64,000 bases of DNA. Origin: a virus. Made by a program: the position numbers and the translations under genes. The stretch lies in IMG/VR virus record IMGVR_UViG_3300044450_000310; one strand, given 5' to 3'. Under the pieces are notes generated by a model. The model did no database searches and had not been told where the DNA came from. It was given only the letters and a program-made list of their open reading frames with translations. This document shows, piece by piece, positions 9,701 to 19,329 of this stretch; position 1 is the stretch's first letter, and the number at the start of each line of letters is the position of its first letter.

Positions 9701-12700
9701 GAAACTTTGGATGCAATTTCACTAGCTTGAACTACCAAAGTAGATTCATTTACCGTCACCCTTCCTTCAACATTATCTAATTCCGTCTGATCAGCCTTTA
9801 AAACAATTGCTTGAGCATTTACTTCAATACTCGCTCGGTTAGAAGTGATTCTTTCTTCACTTGCCTGTCCGATTGTATCTAACTCAATGGCTAGAATCTG
9901 AATGTTTTCGGCGGTCTGAGTAATCGATGTTTCAGTAGTATCCACCCTTCCTTCTAGGGTATCAAAATCAGTTTGCTCTACTTTGGTTGATATCTGTCCA
10001 GCTTGAACAGTCAACGTTGCTTCGGCAGTAGTCAATCTACCATCAACACCATCAAGTGCTGTTTGATTAGCTTTTAATGCAATATTACCCGCATTTACCA
10101 AAATATCGGCTTCTGCAGTATCCACCCTTCCAGTCAGAGTATCCACACTAGTTTGTGAAGCTTTCAGTGCAATTTGCCCCGCATTAACAATGATATCTGA
10201 TTCCGCAGTATCAACACGACCAGTTAGGGTATCTACCTCGGTCTGATTCGCCTTCAGAGCAATATTCCCTGCATTCACTAGGATTGAAGCCTCGGCTGTA
10301 CTTACCCTTCCAGTTAGAGTATCAACTTCACTTTGATTGGCTTTTAATGCGATATCACCAGCTTGCACCAGTATAGTAGCTTCAGCCGTTGAAACTCTAC
10401 TATCTATAAGATCAACATCAGTCTGATTAGCTTTTAGAAGAATGCCTTGCGCATTAACCTCGATGGATGCAGTGTTTTCAATAACTCGCTCTTCAGTTCC
10501 CTGACTTGTAATATCCAGCTCAAGGGCAAGAAGCGTTATTGATTGAGCATTCTGAGTGATGGAGGTTTCAGCCGTATCCACTCGACCTGTTAGGGTATCA
10601 ACATCAGTCTGACTGGCTTTTAATGCGATATCTCCCGCATTTACTATAATAGAAGCCTCTGCACTGGTTACTCTTCCATCAATGGTATCAACCTGAGTTT
10701 GATTTGCTTTCAGTGCAATATTTGTGGTATTCACTCCAATGGATGAAGTATTGGAAGAAACTGTAGCTGAAAGGGTATCTACTTCAGTTTGATTGACTTT
10801 AAGGGCAATACTGGTCGCATTTTGAGTGATCGATGTTTCAGCATCCGTCACTCTCTGTTCAACTAAATCAAAGACAGATTGTTCAACCTTAGTCGCAATC
10901 TGACCAGCTTGGACAACAATCGAAGCCTCGGCGGTAGTTAATCGAGTATCAATTGCACCTACTTCAGTTGTAGTCGCACGAAGCGCAATATCTGTAGCAT
11001 TCTGAGTAATCGAAGTTTCCGCAGTATTTACTCGACCTTCTAACACATTGAAGGTTGAAGTTTCAACCTTTGTCGCAATCTGACCAGCCTGAACAACCAA
11101 CGTAGCCTCCGCAGTTGTCACCCGACTATCAATCGTATCCACTTCAGTTTGTGAAGCCTTTAAAGCAATCGCAGTTGCATTAACTACGATATCCGCTTCA
11201 GCCGTTGTAACTCTGGCCTCAAGATCATCATACGCTTGAGTCTGAGGAGAAACTTTACCAATCTCAAAGACATCTAAGTCAAAATCATCGCCGGAACCCT
11301 CACCAACATATAAACGAATACCGGTAACAGTACCCGTCCAATTGGTTTCATTCATCACATCAATGCGAGATACATTGAATATATCAGGATCAGCAGGAGT
11401 TGGCATTGCCACCTGATACCAGTTGGTCCCGTCCTTAGTGTATTCAAAAGCTACTCCCCATCCAGTACCCGCAATTCTCTGAAGTCGCACATAGATAATT
11501 GAGTTATCAGAAGTATCAATGGATAGTCCTGTTTTCTCGATATAAGCTCCCGAAGCTGTTGGATCTACATTAAGTGTGTAGGAACCTGTGGTAAGAGTCG
11601 CATTTGTACCAGTAAATCCTTCATCAGTGTTTAAAAACTGAAAACGAACCGCAGGAGTAAGAGCATCCAGTACCTCTGCAATTTGCTGGTTTACTTCTGT
11701 CTTTGTAGCTCGTAAGGTGATATCTGAAGCATTCTGAACAATAGATGTCTCAGTATCAGTAACCCGTTGCTCTACGATATCAAAATCAGTTTGAGTTACC
11801 CGAAGCGCAATTTCATTGGCATTAACCTCAATAGATGCTTCATTTTCAATTACACGCTGTTCATTACCTTGATTTACTAAATCTACCTCTAAAGCAAGAA
11901 GTGTAATCGATTGCTGAGTTTGCTGAATATCGGTTTCAGTTGTGGTTACTCTACCATCAATACTTACCAGGGAAGCTTCTGCGGTATCTAATCTGGACTT
12001 TGCATTTACAATCTCTGTTTCCGCATCCGAAATAGCTGTTTCAGCCGTAGTCAATCGTCCTACATTGCTTGAAATAGTTGCTTCCGCAGTATCAAGTCTT
12101 GTTTTAGCTCCATCTATTTCAGAGTTCGCAGTTATAATATCCGCTTGAGCTGTTGCAATCAGCCCTTGATTCGCAGTGATATCACCTTGCGCATTAGTTA
12201 TATCAGTTTCAGCAGAATCCAATCGGGATTTAGCTGAAACAATTTCAGCCTCCGCTTGAGTAACACGGGTTTTTGTTACTGTAATTTGCTCTTCAGAACT
12301 TTGAGCAATGACATCTAATTCTAGTGCCAATAACTGAGCATTATCAAACGCCGTCTGAATATCAGTTTCAACGGTATCAATTCTTCCTTCAGCCGAAGAA
12401 ATAAGAACAGCCTGTGCATCTATCTGACTTTGAGCAGAAGTAATAAGTGAAGCTTGAGAAGTAATCGTTGTTTCGGCGCTATCAAGCCTACCTTGGGCCG
12501 TTACTAAGTCAGCTTGCGCCTGTACAATATCTGCTTCCGCTTGTACAATTTGAGCCTCCGCATTTGCAATCAAAACTCCTTGATTGGCAATCAGAGCTTC
12601 AGCAGAATCGATATCGATAATTGCTTGATCGATTTGCCCTTGAGCTGTAGCAAGAGTCGTATTAACTAAATCAATAGCAGATTGTTTCGCATCCAGCGCA

Positions 12701-12981
12701 TCATTCAGCCTAGATTCGGCATCAATTACTGCTTGATTAACAGCATCTATCCCTGATTGGAGAGCAACATCACTTGCTTGAAGAGCTGTAATTGAAGTCT
12801 GTATTCCTCCTACACCTAAACCAGTGCCAACTTGTGCTTGTAAATCAGAAAGCTCAATTATGACAGGTTTTTCATCCGCATTATCGGTTGTCATTGCAAA
12901 CAGCCGATCCGAAGGATCAAGAACAATTACCTGTTGAACTTGTTGCTGGTCATTAAGTGGTTTGTACTGGATAGTAGGCAT
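6736..12981 (-). CDS. Long tail fibre with about 30-aa coiled-coil repeats, internal globular domain and C-terminal tip
   Basis: Repeats of ANQSEVDTLTGRVSTAEASILVNAGNIALK (90-bp period, e.g. 10118 vs 10208); position in tail module. Confidence 0.75.
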   Translation of the reverse strand: MPTIQYKPLNDQQQVQQVIVLDPSDRLFAMTTDNADEKPVIIELSDLQAQVGTGLGVGGIQTSITALQASDVALQSGIDAVNQAVIDAESRLNDALDAKQSAIDLVNTTLATAQGQIDQAIIDIDSAEALIANQGVLIANAEAQIVQAEADIVQAQADLVTAQGRLDSAETTITSQASLITSAQSQIDAQAVLISSAEGRIDTVETDIQTAFDNAQLLALELDVIAQSSEEQITVTKTRVTQAEAEIVSAKSRLDSAETDITNAQGDITANQGLIATAQADIITANSEIDGAKTRLDTAEATISSNVGRLTTAETAISDAETEIVNAKSRLDTAEASLVSIDGRVTTTETDIQQTQQSITLLALEVDLVNQGNEQRVIENEASIEVNANEIALRVTQTDFDIVEQRVTDTETSIVQNASDITLRATKTEVNQQIAEVLDALTPAVRFQFLNTDEGFTGTNATLTTGSYTLNVDPTASGAYIEKTGLSIDTSDNSIIYVRLQRIAGTGWGVAFEYTKDGTNWYQVAMPTPADPDIFNVSRIDVMNETNWTGTVTGIRLYVGEGSGDDFDLDVFEIGKVSPQTQAYDDLEARVTTAEADIVVNATAIALKASQTEVDTIDSRVTTAEATLVVQAGQIATKVETSTFNVLEGRVNTAETSITQNATDIALRATTTEVGAIDTRLTTAEASIVVQAGQIATKVEQSVFDLVEQRVTDAETSITQNATSIALKVNQTEVDTLSATVSSNTSSIGVNTTNIALKANQTQVDTIDGRVTSAEASIIVNAGDIALKASQTDVDTLTGRVDTAETSITQNAQSITLLALELDITSQGTEERVIENTASIEVNAQGILLKANQTDVDLIDSRVSTAEATILVQAGDIALKANQSEVDTLTGRVSTAEASILVNAGNIALKANQTEVDTLTGRVDTAESDIIVNAGQIALKASQTSVDTLTGRVDTAEADILVNAGNIALKANQTALDGVDGRLTTAEATLTVQAGQISTKVEQTDFDTLEGRVDTTETSITQTAENIQILAIELDTIGQASEERITSNRASIEVNAQAIVLKADQTELDNVEGRVTVNESTLVVQASEIASKVSQTVFDAVEVRVSSAETSITQNANSIALKASQEDLDTQTGRITANETSIIQLAGQIVLKASQTDLDTLEGRVDSAEASITVNSNDIALKASQLSLNSTNTRVTTAEADILVNAGQIALKASQTEVDTLTGRVDSAEASIVVNAGQIALKASQTEVDTIEGRVSTAEASIVVNAGEIALRATQSSVDILDTRLTTAETSITANATQIALKANQSDLDIETQRITDAEALIAVNASNILLKVNQTDYDILEGRVSTAETSINQTQSSITLLALELDIVTQGNEERVLENQASIEVNSQQIALRALTSDVDLVESRVTTNEATLIVQANQIATKVEQSEVDTLTGRVDSAETNIIQNATDIALKASQSDVDTLTGRVTTTEADILVNAGAIALKANQTEVDTIEGRVTSAEASIVLNAGNIALKANQSEVDTISGTVANHTTEIAQNASDILLKANQSQVDTISGDVATNTASIAVNATGITTNVSDISSIDGRLAVAETSITQTAENIQLLAFEIDTITQGSEEGIRVNRAEISVNSASIALIVSDVSDIGTRLITAETSIIQNATDITLRATQAEVDTLTGTVTGNTSAISINATNIATNVTNISNIDGRVTTAETSITQNATDIGLRATQTEVDGIDSRLVTAEASIVANATSITSKVSVGDVASELTQDMDGFTFSANQMKSDNWNGTINGSGNMTNPGTIGWAFDKIGVVSVKRAYIGGLEVGAQGVTNSSEKLVRGDLEIHGGDNPRIIIKDEDRDGTDYEAVKISDEDGVLNDYTIQETAEFDTIVDDGLPNTNGGSPLIIQWGQSGLLTSDLPLGRYIKIDRIYMKTNSAGSSDLTITIQVRKTGGTWGTIKSLDACTSQSFSGAWQYIDFTVPVVFFTDPAFDEFRVQIYTDGYTGFANWDFYSLHAHEILPKAHITKTSFDASNIRAFESIAVVDPNDATNKAVLIWSDPTKDAGGDYRLLLHWVIGGELKQITELASYSP

Positions 12982-13382
12982 TATGCTATGAATCCGAGAA
13001 TCTCGTTATTGATTGACAGTAAATACCCATCCGGATATTCCAGCAAATACAAAACATCGTTCTGCAATTCGCCTATATATTCCATCAACCTTTGAGCCTT
13101 CTCGAATGCAACCGCCTTCACTTCGAAGTCAATCAAACTGTTTAGATTTAACTGACTAAGCGCATTCACACCAGTAATACGAACTTCGTACAAGTTAATA
13201 ATTCCCACACCCCCTAACAAAGTGCTATGCACATGATCGTAGGAATCAACAACGGACTGACCGAGTTTGTTTTGATGAGCGGTTAATAATCCAATGACTT
13301 GAATCGGAGAGGATTTTATTTGAGATACATTTGATACTAATGAACCGTTAACCGCACCTAATGGCTGACTAACTAGTTTCAT
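12981..13382 (-). CDS. Hypothetical protein (tail module)
   Basis: ORF track; coupled to both neighbours. Confidence 0.65.
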   Translation of the reverse strand: MKLVSQPLGAVNGSLVSNVSQIKSSPIQVIGLLTAHQNKLGQSVVDSYDHVHSTLLGGVGIINLYEVRITGVNALSQLNLNSLIDFEVKAVAFEKAQRLMEYIGELQNDVLYLLEYPDGYLLSINNEILGFIA

Positions 13383-13968
13383 CGGTTGTACTCACTGAAT
13401 ATCCATCTTTACCGAAAACAACCGCCCTTTCTTTTCCAATAAGCCCCGTTTGCTCGGCTTCAAATACTACAGAGTATTCATCTCCAGACTCGAACGCTCG
13501 TGCATCGCATGGAATAGTGATTTGCACACCAGCGTCCCCACCTACAACAACGCCAGTAAGTGAAGAGAAAGGACTATTTTCAATAGTAGAAGCAGATACC
13601 ACTACATTAGCAACCACCCCTGAATACTCTAATCGAATATCATCATAGTCAGATTGATCAAAACTTACCGTGTAATCGGTTGGAGTTCCATTACCTAAAG
13701 CAGAAACCACTTCTTGATGAATCTGAGTCCAAGTATCCTCCCAACGCATTTTACCTAAAATCGTAACAGTAATATCAACATCACCGCCCGAATCATTGTC
13801 AATGGTAAGAACCGCAGATGCAGTTTCAGGATCAGGTTTTACCGTATTCAGTATTCCTTTGAACTCCGTTCCTTTGTAGAGCTTGGCAAGAATAATTTCG
13901 CCAGATACATTTACTGTAGGAGTAGTATATACATTTCTTTTAATGTCAGATTGATAGAGCTTAATCAT
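13369..13968 (-). CDS. Hypothetical beta-rich structural protein
   Basis: ORF track; Val/Thr/Gly-rich; tail module context. Confidence 0.6.
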   Translation of the reverse strand: MIKLYQSDIKRNVYTTPTVNVSGEIILAKLYKGTEFKGILNTVKPDPETASAVLTIDNDSGGDVDITVTILGKMRWEDTWTQIHQEVVSALGNGTPTDYTVSFDQSDYDDIRLEYSGVVANVVVSASTIENSPFSSLTGVVVGGDAGVQITIPCDARAFESGDEYSVVFEAEQTGLIGKERAVVFGKDGYSVSTTDETS

Positions 13969-13973
13969 TGTAC

Positions 13974-16649
13974 CTAGCTTTTAACTTTATGTGGATAACG
14001 GACTTCTACTTCCGTTGTAATTTCTTCCAGATAGTGTGTTTCTGGAATCATCTTAGCCGAGATAGTAATATCAGCCATGTATTCACTTTTCCATTTAGGT
14101 CGAATCTTTTTTGAACCGACTAAATTTTTCACACTGGAAAATATCTTTGAACCAAATATCAGCCTGAAATCAAGCTTGTTATCATCGCTCGTATTCAACT
14201 CACCACGCAAGTACGCATATCGGAATCTCTTCAGCTTATCAGGAATCCCGAAATGAATGTTTTTCAATTCAATTAAAACATCTACCTCATTTAAGGTAGT
14301 GCTCTGAAAATCCAAGAAATCATCATTAACATTCTCTAGGGCATATAGATCTTCTTCAACATTGAGAAAGTGACGAATATCTTTAGCTGACGTGTACCAT
14401 CTCTTAAACTTAGTCGAGTAGTGATAAGTAACACCAGTATCTAGGGCTACCAGTAATTCACGCTCATCATCATCCCGCTTTTGCTGTCCTATAGCGACAA
14501 TACTTCCAAGTATGTCATGTACTGGATCACTGATAGGTTCAGGATTAGTACCGCCTAGCACATAAATCCCTTTAGCATTCGCAAAGACAATTAACTTTCC
14601 CAGGTTGATGAGTTTATTTTCACTATCAATACCTTGAGATACATCGATTGGTGTAATCACGGAGAACACCACATCTGCACTTGCGCTTTGCTCTAGCGCC
14701 CAAATTGAGTCTTCTTTGAACACGAATAGCGGATACTGACCAAACTGACCTTCTGAAACTTCAATGGCATTTACCGCAAACCCTACTACTCGAGAAGTGC
14801 TTCTACCAATTCGATACACTAAGGTCGATCCATAAGCCAATGGACTATTCACCTGACTTAATCTCACTTTATCAGGAACCACCAATAGTTCACTGTTTTC
14901 TGTGAGTGATGGATATAGCCAACTAAAGCCAATCGTTGATCCACTGTAAACCACCCCGCCAAACAAGAAGATAGTAGCGTAATTTGCACGTTCTCCTTTT
15001 TTCATGGATGCTCGGTATTGACGTTGAATTATCTGAGTACCGGCATTAGGTAATTCTGCGTAGATCGAGAATTGCTTTGCCCGATTATCAGGGTAAAAAA
15101 GCACCGAACCTTGTGGACTCCAATTTCCAGTAGCATCCGTGTAGGCAGTAAATTCAGCGCTCGTTCTTTTATACTCACCCGATTCAGTCTCAAGTTCAAC
15201 TTCTACCTGAAATACTCTCTGAAGCGCAGAACCAGCTCCCGTGTATTCCGAATAGGTGGATGGAGAAATAACCGTCACGCCCGAATTTTGAGTCAGATAA
15301 TCCAAATCAGTACCCGAAACAATCACTGAAAAGCTTTTAGCTCGGTCGCACGTCACATTTAAGGTGAATGATATCGCTCCACTTGAATCATAAGTAATCA
15401 ACCAACTTCCATTGCCTTCATCAGTAACAACAATGTTACTCATGTTGGAAGTATTAGTAAGAGTAACTGTAGTTCCTGTAGACGGATTGCCTACTACTCG
15501 AAGCCCTTTATCATTACGAATCAGTAGATGATTATACAGTCCTTCTTTTTGATTTAGGAATGGTAGAATATAATCTTCCTTTTCCTGACCAAGCATCACT
15601 CGACTATTATAGGTATCGCACGTACCATGAGATTTTGCATGATGAGTTCCATCATCAATATCAGCATTTGGCAGAGCTGGTATAGCCTCTTCATTGGAAG
15701 TTACCAGCCTCCATAAATCTTGAAGCTCTACTTCATCGGTTGGATCGATATAATCAAAATCAGTCAATTCATACCAAACCGCCTCTTTTAGAAATTGATC
15801 CAGCTCTGTTAATCCTAGTTGTGTAGAATTTGTGCAAAGAACAGCAACACCCGAAATCTTGTCTTTCCAGTATTCAAAATCCGAAGGTGTAGTAGTCTGG
15901 CCGTACCCTTCCATGAAGAATCTCAAAAACGAAGTTTTAAAGGTACTATCGCCTTGATCGTAGGTAGAAGTAATTATCAATTCAGGAGCAGAGTGTTTTA
16001 CCAGCGATCCATCACGAAGCCTAAAAGCATACCTGATAAAAAGCCTACCAGTATCCAATCCTTCATGAGAACCCGCATCTAACTGCTCTTGCGAGTAAGC
16101 ATCATCTGAAGGCTCTCGCCAAGCTCTCATAATTGGAAGTTCAGGAAACTCAAAAGGAATCAGTAAATCATCTTCTAAGATTAAATCCTGTTGAGGAATA
16201 CCGCCCTTAGTTACAGTGATAAACCCTGTATCATATAATTGCGTGAATGATATATCCCAGGAACCGCTATCTGTAGATGAAACTGAGTGAGAAACAACGG
16301 TTGCAAATCCAGGGGAAAGGTCAGGATCTATAATTTCAATAGTTCCATCGTTAAATAATCCAACTAATCTTGATAGACTTCCATCGGTAGAACCATGCTT
16401 ACCATTTCTTGAGCGCTTATGCCAAAATAATTTCAGCAGATTTGATTCATTGGAATGATTGAAAGAAATCAGGGATCCATTCTGAAACTCATTGACATTC
16501 TCAATAGGCACCCATTGAGGATTTTCTACAAATCCTTCAGGACGTACTCCGACCATGTTTTCAGCTAATCCCGAGATTTGCCTTCTTTTGGTAGGACGAG
16601 CATCCATACCTAGAATCGGTATGTTTAATACTTCACCCATTAATACCAA
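13974..16649 (-). CDS. Tail nozzle / tubular-B-like (stabilisation) protein
   Basis: 891 aa, beta-propeller-like C-terminal half (FGQYPLFVFKEDSIWAL, NLGKLIVFANAKGIYVL); follows adaptor genes as in podoviruses. Confidence 0.6.
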   Translation of the reverse strand: MVLMGEVLNIPILGMDARPTKRRQISGLAENMVGVRPEGFVENPQWVPIENVNEFQNGSLISFNHSNESNLLKLFWHKRSRNGKHGSTDGSLSRLVGLFNDGTIEIIDPDLSPGFATVVSHSVSSTDSGSWDISFTQLYDTGFITVTKGGIPQQDLILEDDLLIPFEFPELPIMRAWREPSDDAYSQEQLDAGSHEGLDTGRLFIRYAFRLRDGSLVKHSAPELIITSTYDQGDSTFKTSFLRFFMEGYGQTTTPSDFEYWKDKISGVAVLCTNSTQLGLTELDQFLKEAVWYELTDFDYIDPTDEVELQDLWRLVTSNEEAIPALPNADIDDGTHHAKSHGTCDTYNSRVMLGQEKEDYILPFLNQKEGLYNHLLIRNDKGLRVVGNPSTGTTVTLTNTSNMSNIVVTDEGNGSWLITYDSSGAISFTLNVTCDRAKSFSVIVSGTDLDYLTQNSGVTVISPSTYSEYTGAGSALQRVFQVEVELETESGEYKRTSAEFTAYTDATGNWSPQGSVLFYPDNRAKQFSIYAELPNAGTQIIQRQYRASMKKGERANYATIFLFGGVVYSGSTIGFSWLYPSLTENSELLVVPDKVRLSQVNSPLAYGSTLVYRIGRSTSRVVGFAVNAIEVSEGQFGQYPLFVFKEDSIWALEQSASADVVFSVITPIDVSQGIDSENKLINLGKLIVFANAKGIYVLGGTNPEPISDPVHDILGSIVAIGQQKRDDDERELLVALDTGVTYHYSTKFKRWYTSAKDIRHFLNVEEDLYALENVNDDFLDFQSTTLNEVDVLIELKNIHFGIPDKLKRFRYAYLRGELNTSDDNKLDFRLIFGSKIFSSVKNLVGSKKIRPKWKSEYMADITISAKMIPETHYLEEITTEVEVRYPHKVKS

Positions 16650-17107
16650 GGAGCAGATTTAGGTTTTACAAATGTCTTGAAGGCACTACTCTTTTTAACC
16701 TGATTGGCGTACAGCTCATAATCGCCTCTAAACTGATCGCCAAGTTCAAAAGAGCCTAAATTTCGATACCACACATGAAGCACATAATTCAGTAAAGCTT
16801 TGTCCAATAATCCCTGAAGAGATTTAAACCCGCCTCCTGTCAGCTCCGCAGTAAGTTCTATGAATACTGAATCTTCATAGTCTTTAATGGTTCCTTGATT
16901 GAAAAAACGATTTCTGAAGTCTTGAACACCTTCATTGTAATAGCCAAGAATCAGTGTTTTAAACTCATCATCTCCTTCAGGAATCACTAAATCATGATCA
17001 CTATGCACACGAAGAAGCAAAACAGTTCGTTGCTTTGCTTTTTCATACACATCTTCAAAGTCCAGATATATCTTATCGTTCGCCATTTTCTTCTCCCTTA
17101 AAGCCAT
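16640..17107 (-). CDS. Putative head-tail adaptor
   Basis: Helical 155 aa protein; ALLNYVLHVWY segment; position. Confidence 0.45.
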   Translation of the reverse strand: MALREKKMANDKIYLDFEDVYEKAKQRTVLLLRVHSDHDLVIPEGDDEFKTLILGYYNEGVQDFRNRFFNQGTIKDYEDSVFIELTAELTGGGFKSLQGLLDKALLNYVLHVWYRNLGSFELGDQFRGDYELYANQVKKSSAFKTFVKPKSAPWY

Positions 17108-18005
17108 TGTTTATTTCAACAAGCACTTTTTGGTATTCTTGAAAAGCCAAACCAGCCGAATCATTACGACCAGCAATCACCAGCACTCGATATACAGTAT
17201 GCCACACTAGAGCATCTTCAAGATTCTCAGGCATATCGTAGCTCTTTAGAGCTGGCACATAAGTAAGCGCCGGAGAAGTACCTTTTGGATACGACTCAAT
17301 AGCTTTATTGGAACTGTCAGAATTAAATGACTGCCCAGCCGTATATCGAACGATTACTTCACGAATTACTGTAGGAGCATCCACTTCAGTAAATGTCTCT
17401 CCTACTGCTGGCGCTCCCGCAGTTACATACGCCCAAAAGTGATTTTCTATTGGGCCATTTAAATCTGTAAGCACAAATGAATCAGGATCTACATTAGCAA
17501 AAGTATCTCCCAAATCATTTGGAGCTGAAGCTTCAGTAACCTCAACAAGAATAAACCCCGTTGGAACTACCCCACTTTGAGCTTCATGATAAGGCACGAT
17601 AAATGCTTTAGGCTTATCATTCCTTCCACGTCTCATAGAGAATTGCTGTTGCTGATAGGCGCTTGTATCGTCAGAAATCAGCCCTGTAACGTTTCTATTC
17701 CATTCAGAATACTTCAGGCTAACAAACCTTAAGAAATCGGCAGGAAGGGCTAAAATTGAACCATACCCATCATCGGTATCAACAGGCGAGAGCGTAGTAT
17801 CTCTAACCGAAGAATCAAGTATTGTAAATCTGTCTACGGAAGTAAGAACCTTACGAGCTGACTTATCCAACTCGAACTCGATATCTCCGTAGTTGATATC
17901 ATCATCGCCAATATTAGAAGCGCTCTCAGAGTATTCATCTACTCGAAGAGCCACTAATTGCTTCAGATAATCCAGTTGTGCTTGTTGTTCAGTCGTAAGT
18001 GACAT
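17073..18005 (-). CDS. Putative head-tail connector (tubular-A-like)
   Basis: LPADFLRFVSL and DALVWHTVYRVL segments typical of adaptors; SD TAAGGAG 5 nt before ATG. Confidence 0.5.
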   Translation of the reverse strand: MSLTTEQQAQLDYLKQLVALRVDEYSESASNIGDDDINYGDIEFELDKSARKVLTSVDRFTILDSSVRDTTLSPVDTDDGYGSILALPADFLRFVSLKYSEWNRNVTGLISDDTSAYQQQQFSMRRGRNDKPKAFIVPYHEAQSGVVPTGFILVEVTEASAPNDLGDTFANVDPDSFVLTDLNGPIENHFWAYVTAGAPAVGETFTEVDAPTVIREVIVRYTAGQSFNSDSSNKAIESYPKGTSPALTYVPALKSYDMPENLEDALVWHTVYRVLVIAGRNDSAGLAFQEYQKVLVEINNGFKGEENGER

Positions 18006-18008
18006 GAT

Positions 18009-18641
18009 TTACTCCTTAGTTGGTTTTTGACCGTCCTGATTTAAATCCAGTGCCCAACCGAACATATCAAATAGAAGTTGCTCGATAGCGATCAGGAGCT
18101 TGTCAAATAATTCTGCTTTCTCTTTATCTGATATCTTTTCTCCATCTTCACTGGTTTTAGATTTAGCTTCACGGTATTCCTTTATGATATCTGTCAATGC
18201 AGTCGCAAACTTCTGAGTAATACGACCAGTAGTAGCAAGCCAAGTAACAAACATGGTTAATGCCACACATACTATGATGGTGCCCCACTCGGCAAATTCA
18301 AATCCTGAAAATAGTCCAGTTAATCCAGTTAATAATTCCATTTCTGTTATTCCTGCAATTAAATTGATAACACTTATCACACCTGTTAGATCAAGTGAAG
18401 TAATGGTGGTAATTACCGCACCTACACCACCGATAATGGTCTTACCGGTCTTGTTCTTACCACTCAGGGTTCGCCCTAGCGGTTTATCATTCCAAAAGCT
18501 CTTTTTGATCTCAACAGGAGGCAGATCAGGCACGTCTACTTCTTTCAGCTTTACATCACGTACTTTGCCGTTAAACAAGCTCTCAGGAGCGCCAATTCTT
18601 CTTCTTTGTAATTCGCCTTCACCCATCTTTGTTTTCCTCAC
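18009..18641 (-). CDS. Membrane protein of the lysis cassette
   Basis: Two to three hydrophobic segments; adjacent to holin-like and DUF5675 genes. Confidence 0.55.
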   Translation of the reverse strand: MRKTKMGEGELQRRRIGAPESLFNGKVRDVKLKEVDVPDLPPVEIKKSFWNDKPLGRTLSGKNKTGKTIIGGVGAVITTITSLDLTGVISVINLIAGITEMELLTGLTGLFSGFEFAEWGTIIVCVALTMFVTWLATTGRITQKFATALTDIIKEYREAKSKTSEDGEKISDKEKAELFDKLLIAIEQLLFDMFGWALDLNQDGQKPTKE

Positions 18642-18828
18642 CCTTTGTTATATATCGAATGAATTTCGTAGCAGAGAAGGCCACGGCAATTACTACCAGT
18701 AAGGCATTGCCTATTTCAGTAACCGCACTCGATATCTGAGATATGATTTCAATTAAATTCAGCTTTGTCACAATCAAGGTGAAGAAAGTCGCTATCCATA
18801 CTTTCATTACGTCAAAATTCTCTATCAT
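18619..18828 (-). CDS. Holin-like small membrane protein
   Basis: 69 aa, two hydrophobic helices, charged C-terminus; next to putative lysin. Confidence 0.55.
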   Translation of the reverse strand: MIENFDVMKVWIATFFTLIVTKLNLIEIISQISSAVTEIGNALLVVIAVAFSATKFIRYITKGEENKDG

Positions 18829-19283
18829 GATGTCACCTTATCTAAGATTTGAATGAATACATCCTCATCGCTCAGTAAGGCTTTCGATACTACTTTATAG
18901 AACTCTTTATATCCTTTCACTGAATCCAGCAACTCACCACTGCCGTCTAAATTCGTGTAACACCCATTCCCCACAAGTAAACATCCATCGGTATCTTCAT
19001 CGGTATTTCCAGGATGAACAAGTACATGAGTGAATCCAGGCACATTGCATATTTCAAGCATCCCTACATGGAAGTGCTTAAATCGCTTCGAATAGCGGTT
19101 ATGAAACCCGCCTTCAGTTCGAAGTCTTACTCTATACTTTCCTGCTGGTATTGCTGTCTCACCAGCTACTTTCACCACTCTACGCTCATCTTCTAAGCCA
19201 AACACGTAGAACTGGCCATCTATGAACACTAAACTCAGTGTATCATCTGCCGAACCGCTAAATCTGATTACTCGTATTAACAT
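18825..19283 (-). CDS. DUF5675-family protein (putative endolysin)
   Basis: LEDE..VKVAGETAIPAGKY...NVPGFTHVLVHPGNT.EDTDGCLLVG family signature. Confidence 0.8.
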   Translation of the reverse strand: MLIRVIRFSGSADDTLSLVFIDGQFYVFGLEDERRVVKVAGETAIPAGKYRVRLRTEGGFHNRYSKRFKHFHVGMLEICNVPGFTHVLVHPGNTDEDTDGCLLVGNGCYTNLDGSGELLDSVKGYKEFYKVVSKALLSDEDVFIQILDKVTS

Positions 19284-19295
19284 TGCTTTGTTATT

Positions 19296-19329
19296 AAAAA
19301 AGCCACCACCCTTTCGGGCAGGGCTTTTT
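19296..19329. terminator. Bidirectional intrinsic terminator
   Basis: AAAAA-GCCACCACCC-TTTC-GGGCAGGGC-TTTTT. Confidence 0.7.
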
